This document shows positions 58,415-64,000 of a stretch of DNA of 64,000 nt, piece after piece. Made by a program: the position numbers and the translations under genes. This DNA is from Eledone cirrhosa. Lineage: Eukaryota. Under the pieces are notes generated by a model. It had not been told where the DNA came from. It made no database searches and saw only the letters and a program-made list of their open reading frames with translations. Numbering within the stretch: position 1 is the first letter of the stretch; each line of letters begins with the position of its first letter. The DNA is taken from NCBI GenBank assembly GCA_964016885.1, contig OZ024743.1, positions 34,906,001 to 34,970,000 of the forward strand. The letters run 5' to 3'.

Positions 58415-61400
58415 AGCAGGGGATAGAGTCAAAACAAACCAAATTAATCTGTATATTTAATAACCAACTGATGTCAATTTATTTCACTTGTGTCACTGAA
58501 AAAGGCATACATATCACACAATTTCAAATCTTTCCTTATTGAATTTGTAACTTTGGGCATAAGATAAACTTTTTTTTTCTTTTGGTAAGACATATTACCA
58601 ACAGAAAAGACTATTAAGATTCAATCAAGCAAAGAAGGGCTCTGGCATGACTTGCATCAAAGATAGGTTTACCACGTAGGCAATGGAGTGCATGACCAAA
58701 CTAATGGAAGTGCCTTTTGCGTAGTAATTGTTGGAGGTACTTAATCTGGCAGCAATGATGAATTTTGGAGTTTGGCATAAAAAATTGCAGTAATCCATTA
58801 AATATTTCATTAAAATTGTTCAAACCTCCTCTTCACCAGTAATGTAAATAACAATGGCGTAGCTAGAGTATGTGCCATCCAGGACAGTCTTTCAGTTTGC
58901 TTCTCTCCATCCAGGCTTATACATGTGACCCAAAAGTGCCATCCCCATAAAAGTGTTGCCTTCTCATGTCCCCACTAACTATGCTACTGATAAATAGCAA
59001 CAACTGTAAGAAAATGTGCAACTAAAACAATAACAATAAACATAATATAAGAAAACAGTGCCAAAGTAAAGCTATGTAATAATCAAACCAAACATGCAGT
59101 ATAAATGAGAATTATAAAAAATAATTGAAATAAGCAGGGGAAAATAATTGAATTGTGAATAAACTCTGTGCATAAATAAAACTAGGTGAAACTGTTTTTG
59201 TATTATCTAAATAGCAAACATTATAATAACATAAATAATTGGAAGCCCATCATTTATGTATGTGTCTGAGCATCTAAAACACTGTTAAATCGATACATTT
59301 TTTTACCATACTGAAAAGTATGAGTTGGCAGCATGAAGGGTGTAGAAATTTGCCATTGATAAAGCAGAAGCTGAATAGCAGGGATGAAAACAGTATTTTC
59401 TGGATTTCAGTTGAACTGAATGAATCTGATATTAGTCTTGAAGAAAAGGAGAAAATCAATTAAATCAACCCATGTGTTACTGGTACTTTATTTTATCGAC
59501 CTCGTAAGGATAAGGGGCAGAGCTAATTCTAGCAGGATTTGAACTCAGAATATAAAGGGCTGTAACTATATGCAACAAGCATGTTGTCTGATGCTCTACT
59601 GATACTGCCAATCCATAATAATTATTATTTCTACTTTTGGCACAAGACCAGCAATTTGAAGAGAAGGAGAAAGTTGATTAAATTGATTCCAGCACTACTG
59701 GTAGTATATTTTATTGACCCCATAAGAATGAAAAGCAAAGCTAACCTCGACAGGATTTAGGACCATATTTATATGCTGCAATGCTTTACTGATACTTTTA
59801 ATCCACCAGGATGAATTCAGAATAGAAAGTAGCATTAAGAGAACTTTGGTTTACAATGAAATGCAATGCACATTCAGTTAAGAAAGTTCTCTCAAATATA
59901 AATGTCCCAAACTACTTAACTGCAGGTTATCTAAGACAAGATGATAGTGGCAATAATTATATTTTAATGTAATAGAAAGTTTCAATGAATTATTTCAAGA
60001 AAAGTTTTACACAAACTATATAAAAATTCCTGCAATTTTCATGAGGATTTTTTGAAATATATATAAAGCATTGTATTTATAGAGAAAGGAAATGAGATTT
60101 GTGTGACATCTATGGTTTTCTCAAGATCAGTATAAATATAATATTGAATAACTCCAACTAGGAATTGACACTGAGTCACATTTATGGAATATCAAGTGTT
60201 TGATGACCTGCTAGAAACAGCAGCTATATCTTTAAGCCACACACCACTGTCTTCAAAAATAAAGAAGGAAACATTGACTAATGTAGTTGTAGATAAACTA
60301 CACTAGAACACCTTTGATCATAGGTCTGCTCAATTAGAGCTGAGATTAAACTAGATAACAATGTATAGCATCTCTATAACTATGGTAGCAGGAAAAAATC
60401 TAGTTTTCTCAAACTCAACAACTACAGAGGAAAGGAAATTAGATTGTGTGGTGATGTTCATGCCCTTTTTTTAAGGGCATTAAGTTATGTAAGAGGAGTG
60501 GAAATAGCTACACCTAAGAAACAAAGCCAGATTAAAAAACTCAGTACACCAGAAGTTTTATCTCTTAGCATTTGAAACACTGCAGGACATATTGTTTACA
60601 CAGAGCATAAACAAACATCATCAGTATCGGTTGCTGTAAGCGGTATAGTTTGAAAACACAGCAGTCTCTCCTGCCCCCGTGTGTGTGTGTGAAATTGAAC
60701 CAGAAACCACATGGTTGCAAAGCAAACTTCCTAACTACACAGCCATGCCTGTGTTTATTGTGTCGAGTCAGACATTCCTAGTAAATTAAACAGGAATCCA
60801 TTGCTTTATAGTTTGTGAGAGTTATGGAAAAAATTTGACATGGAATTAACAGGGTAAAAGGAAGGAAAGGAGGAACTGTGACAACATCACCGTGGTAAAA
60901 AAGAAAATGGGAAGTGTTAAATATCACATGGAAAACACTCAGGGGGAAAAGAAGATTAAGAATTATTAAAAATTAGAAACAGTTGAATAATTAAACCCAT
61001 GTATAAGTTTTGATTTATTAAACCATTAATTTCATTTATATATAAAATTTAGGTGCTGTGCGTATCCAGTTTAGAATAGGTAGACTGTATCCATGGATGT
61101 CATAAAAAGCGACTAAAAGGGTTGGGACCAAGAAAGGCATATAACCATAAATCATAATTAAAAAAAGAAAAACACCATGATGAGCCCGAATGCCTTTCAT
61201 ATGGTCAGCAAATTAAACAGACGAAAGCAATGAGGGTTTCAGGATGAGGGTAATAATTAAATACAAAATATTTTTTCAACATATTGGAAGAAGAAAAAAA
61301 ATTAATGTGTAAACTAAAAGATCCACTCAAATACAATACCCAATTAGCACTCTAATTGGTTCTTTAAAAACAAACAACAAACATGAAATTGAACTGAAAG

Positions 61401-64000
61401 CTAAGTAAGATATAGCCATTAAAAAAAGAATGGAGGAATCTACAAGTCAATATTATAACTAAATAGAGGCAAGATAGCTGAGTAGATAAGGTATTAAATT
61501 ATCAGTTAAATAAAAGTTTGTGCTCTTAAATCCACTGTAATCGTTTCATAGTGTCTTTAACTCTACATGGCTAAGTCCACTAAACTCCCAGAAATACACA
61601 CAAACTTCAGAGAAATGTTGCCTGTAATACACTAATATCCTATTGACTTATATAGAAACTGAACTTAAGGAACCTATCTTACAGATGAATACCTGCAGTG
61701 GTTTAGAAAAGATTAAACCTTTCACTATAAACTATAGCATGCAAAGGTGAATTAACCCTATTTCTGACAAGTTTTATATCAAGGACACTGCTTAAAAGGA
61801 TTCAAGTCAGAAATGGAGTTGCAGACAAGGTTTAATGGGGATGGATGAAAAAGAAAAAAAAAAAAAAGAAGAAAAAAACAACAAAAAAAAACAAGGAAGG
61901 AAGAAAGCTAAATGCATTTACGCAAACACACACACACAAACACAGGCACACACACAGCACACAAAAATACTAACCACATGATAATTGTTTACACTGTCAT
62001 AATGTCTGGAATACAGAATCCCAAACATCAGTGGCTACAAAACATAAAAACATTTTAATGTTTCTTCTAATATTGTGGAGCAAGTTTCATCTGAGATGGT
62101 TTTCAAGAATTCAGAAATAACAGAAGTTTTCCATTAACAATTCAGAAGAAAAGATAGCATACACATAAAAAAAAAGATTCCTGTTCATTGAAGTTGCTGT
62201 TGGTGTCATCACTACTATTTTACAACAGAATATACATTTTTCAGAGTTTTCTACTGATTATTGTCATATCACTATCATCAAGAGCATCGGACACCTTGCT
62301 TCGCGGCACAGAGTTACATCCCTTTACGTTCTGAGTTCAAATCCTGTCGAGGTTAGCTTTGCCTTTCATCCTTACATGGTTGATAAAATGAAGTACCAGT
62401 AACGCACCAGAGTCGATTTAATCGACTTTCCACCCCACAAAAATTGTTGGCCTTGGGCCTAAATCAGAAACCATTATCATAATAACCACCTCACCACCAT
62501 TGCTGTCAACAAGCTTTCTTTTTTTTCTGCCTCTCATAACTACCACCATTGCTGTCATCACCCTCAGAGAGCTCAAGTGGTTGACTATATTTTCACTCTC
62601 ACCACTTAGGCCAAATTCCTACAGTTACTGTATTACTTGAAGCGGGTTGGATTAAGCAAAAGAAAGATTTGTAAGACACAATTAGCAACAGCAGGTGTAC
62701 CAATCTGCTGGTTTCACCTATATATCAAACTAAAGCAAATGTGAGCCTATTCATTCAATATGTCTGGAATCCTCCTGCATTGTTGGGACATTGTCAAAGC
62801 CTTTTATTTCCCTGTAGTGTAACAACAGCAAGATATTTGAAAGGATCCCCACCCTTCTCCATTCTTTTCACAGGAAGTAGAAAGTCTTAACACTTAAACC
62901 TACCACAAAAGTCATTAGCAGTACTAGTGAAGTGAAAACAGCTTTAGCCAAACATTAAAACCAGATGACAAATTGTTTGTCTGGGATTCATTGTGTTCAT
63001 TTTATTTAACGAAATAATTTCTTTTAACTAAGTTCAAGTTAACTTCTGTGAAGGAAGAGTTAGAGTCAATTAAATTAAATGATAATCTGTTACTGATACA
63101 CATTTTATTATCCCCAGAAAAACAAAGAACAATGTGTTATTTAACTAAATATTAAAATTCTGCCAATTCTCATTCCTCTCCTACCCAATACAATTATATG
63201 AATTTAACAAGTGAAGGTCACTCAAATAACTGGCATGTAATTTCTCGCCAACATTCCAACTACTGGCCCACAAATCTAACCCTCTCTTTCTATGGCTGAT
63301 ATAATGTAACCTCTACTCAGGCTCTTCAAACACATTTGTCTCCTCTTATCATCCCTCATATTGTGCTTCCTCCAACCCCAGGCTCTGTTCAAGCCTATGC
63401 ACCCCCACCTCAGATCATGGACATCTGGAAGCCTCCACCCTGACCTGCTTGTGTTTTTCCTGCAGCCACTGACATGCAGCTGTTCACAAGGAACATTAAG
63501 GCTGTTGATCTCACCATACATACAGGGTCTATGAAGGTCATAAGTAAAGACACCACTCACCCCACTAAGTTGGTTTCTAGCTACACAAATTATCTATCTA
63601 ATTGAACTAGTTAACATGGACATGGGAAGCATAGTTGACTGAATCAACATAAAGTACTTATTTTATGAACCCAACATGAATATGAGATAGGCAAAGTTGC
63701 CCCCTCACCTCTCCCTAAATTTCAACACACTAGATAGTAAGCCAAACACCAGAACACATCTGGGTTAGCTATTTATCTAATCTGTTCCAAACCAAAGTAT
63801 ATTGGGAATTTCAGTTTCTTGAGCTACTTGCAAACACAACTATTCCTTCAAATAAGAGAAAAACATTTTTCTCCGTCTAAATCAGTGATTGGCAAACTAT
63901 GGCGTGCAGCTCCATTCTACCCAGCCTGTGGACATCATTGAATGTGGCATTGCATACAAATATTATTTCATTTTCTTATCAATTTTTGGTTAGTGAACAA

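Noticed and set aside
62748-62812. acag|(g)EIKGFDNVPTMQEDSRHIE* on minus as an alternative terminal exon
   Set aside because: No homology support, and the upstream exon phase is unknown.

Overview
Eukaryotic, AT-rich, repeat-dense genomic DNA. An octopus/coleoid cephalopod origin is inferred from the repeat families and composition. I reconstructed four gene features by hand. (1) A complete 10-coding-exon RABGGTB (Rab geranylgeranyltransferase beta) on +, 6197-17235, 999 nt CDS, all introns GT-AG. (2) A probable divergent first coding exon of an unidentified gene on -, 2923-2982. (3) An intact intronless 541-aa Tigger/pogo (JRK/TIGD/CENP-B-like) transposase ORF at 20007-21632, with only a remnant left end, a D-to-E change at the third catalytic residue, and a branch point plus 3' splice site directly before its ATG. 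(4) The 3' part of a myomegalin/CDK5RAP2/centrosomin-family coiled-coil gene on -, with nine phase-consistent exons over 58033-38063, a candidate 9-nt microexon and a candidate ~8 kb 3' UTR. The rest is mobile DNA: a near full-length RTE LINE with a PHD-like finger, an endonuclease-deleted CR1-like LINE with PHD/polyQ ORF1, Rex3/Expander-like and HERO-like fragments, eight piggyBac-type TTAA MITEs, non-autonomous Helitrons and three SINE-like families. Family assignments come from remembered motifs, not database searches.
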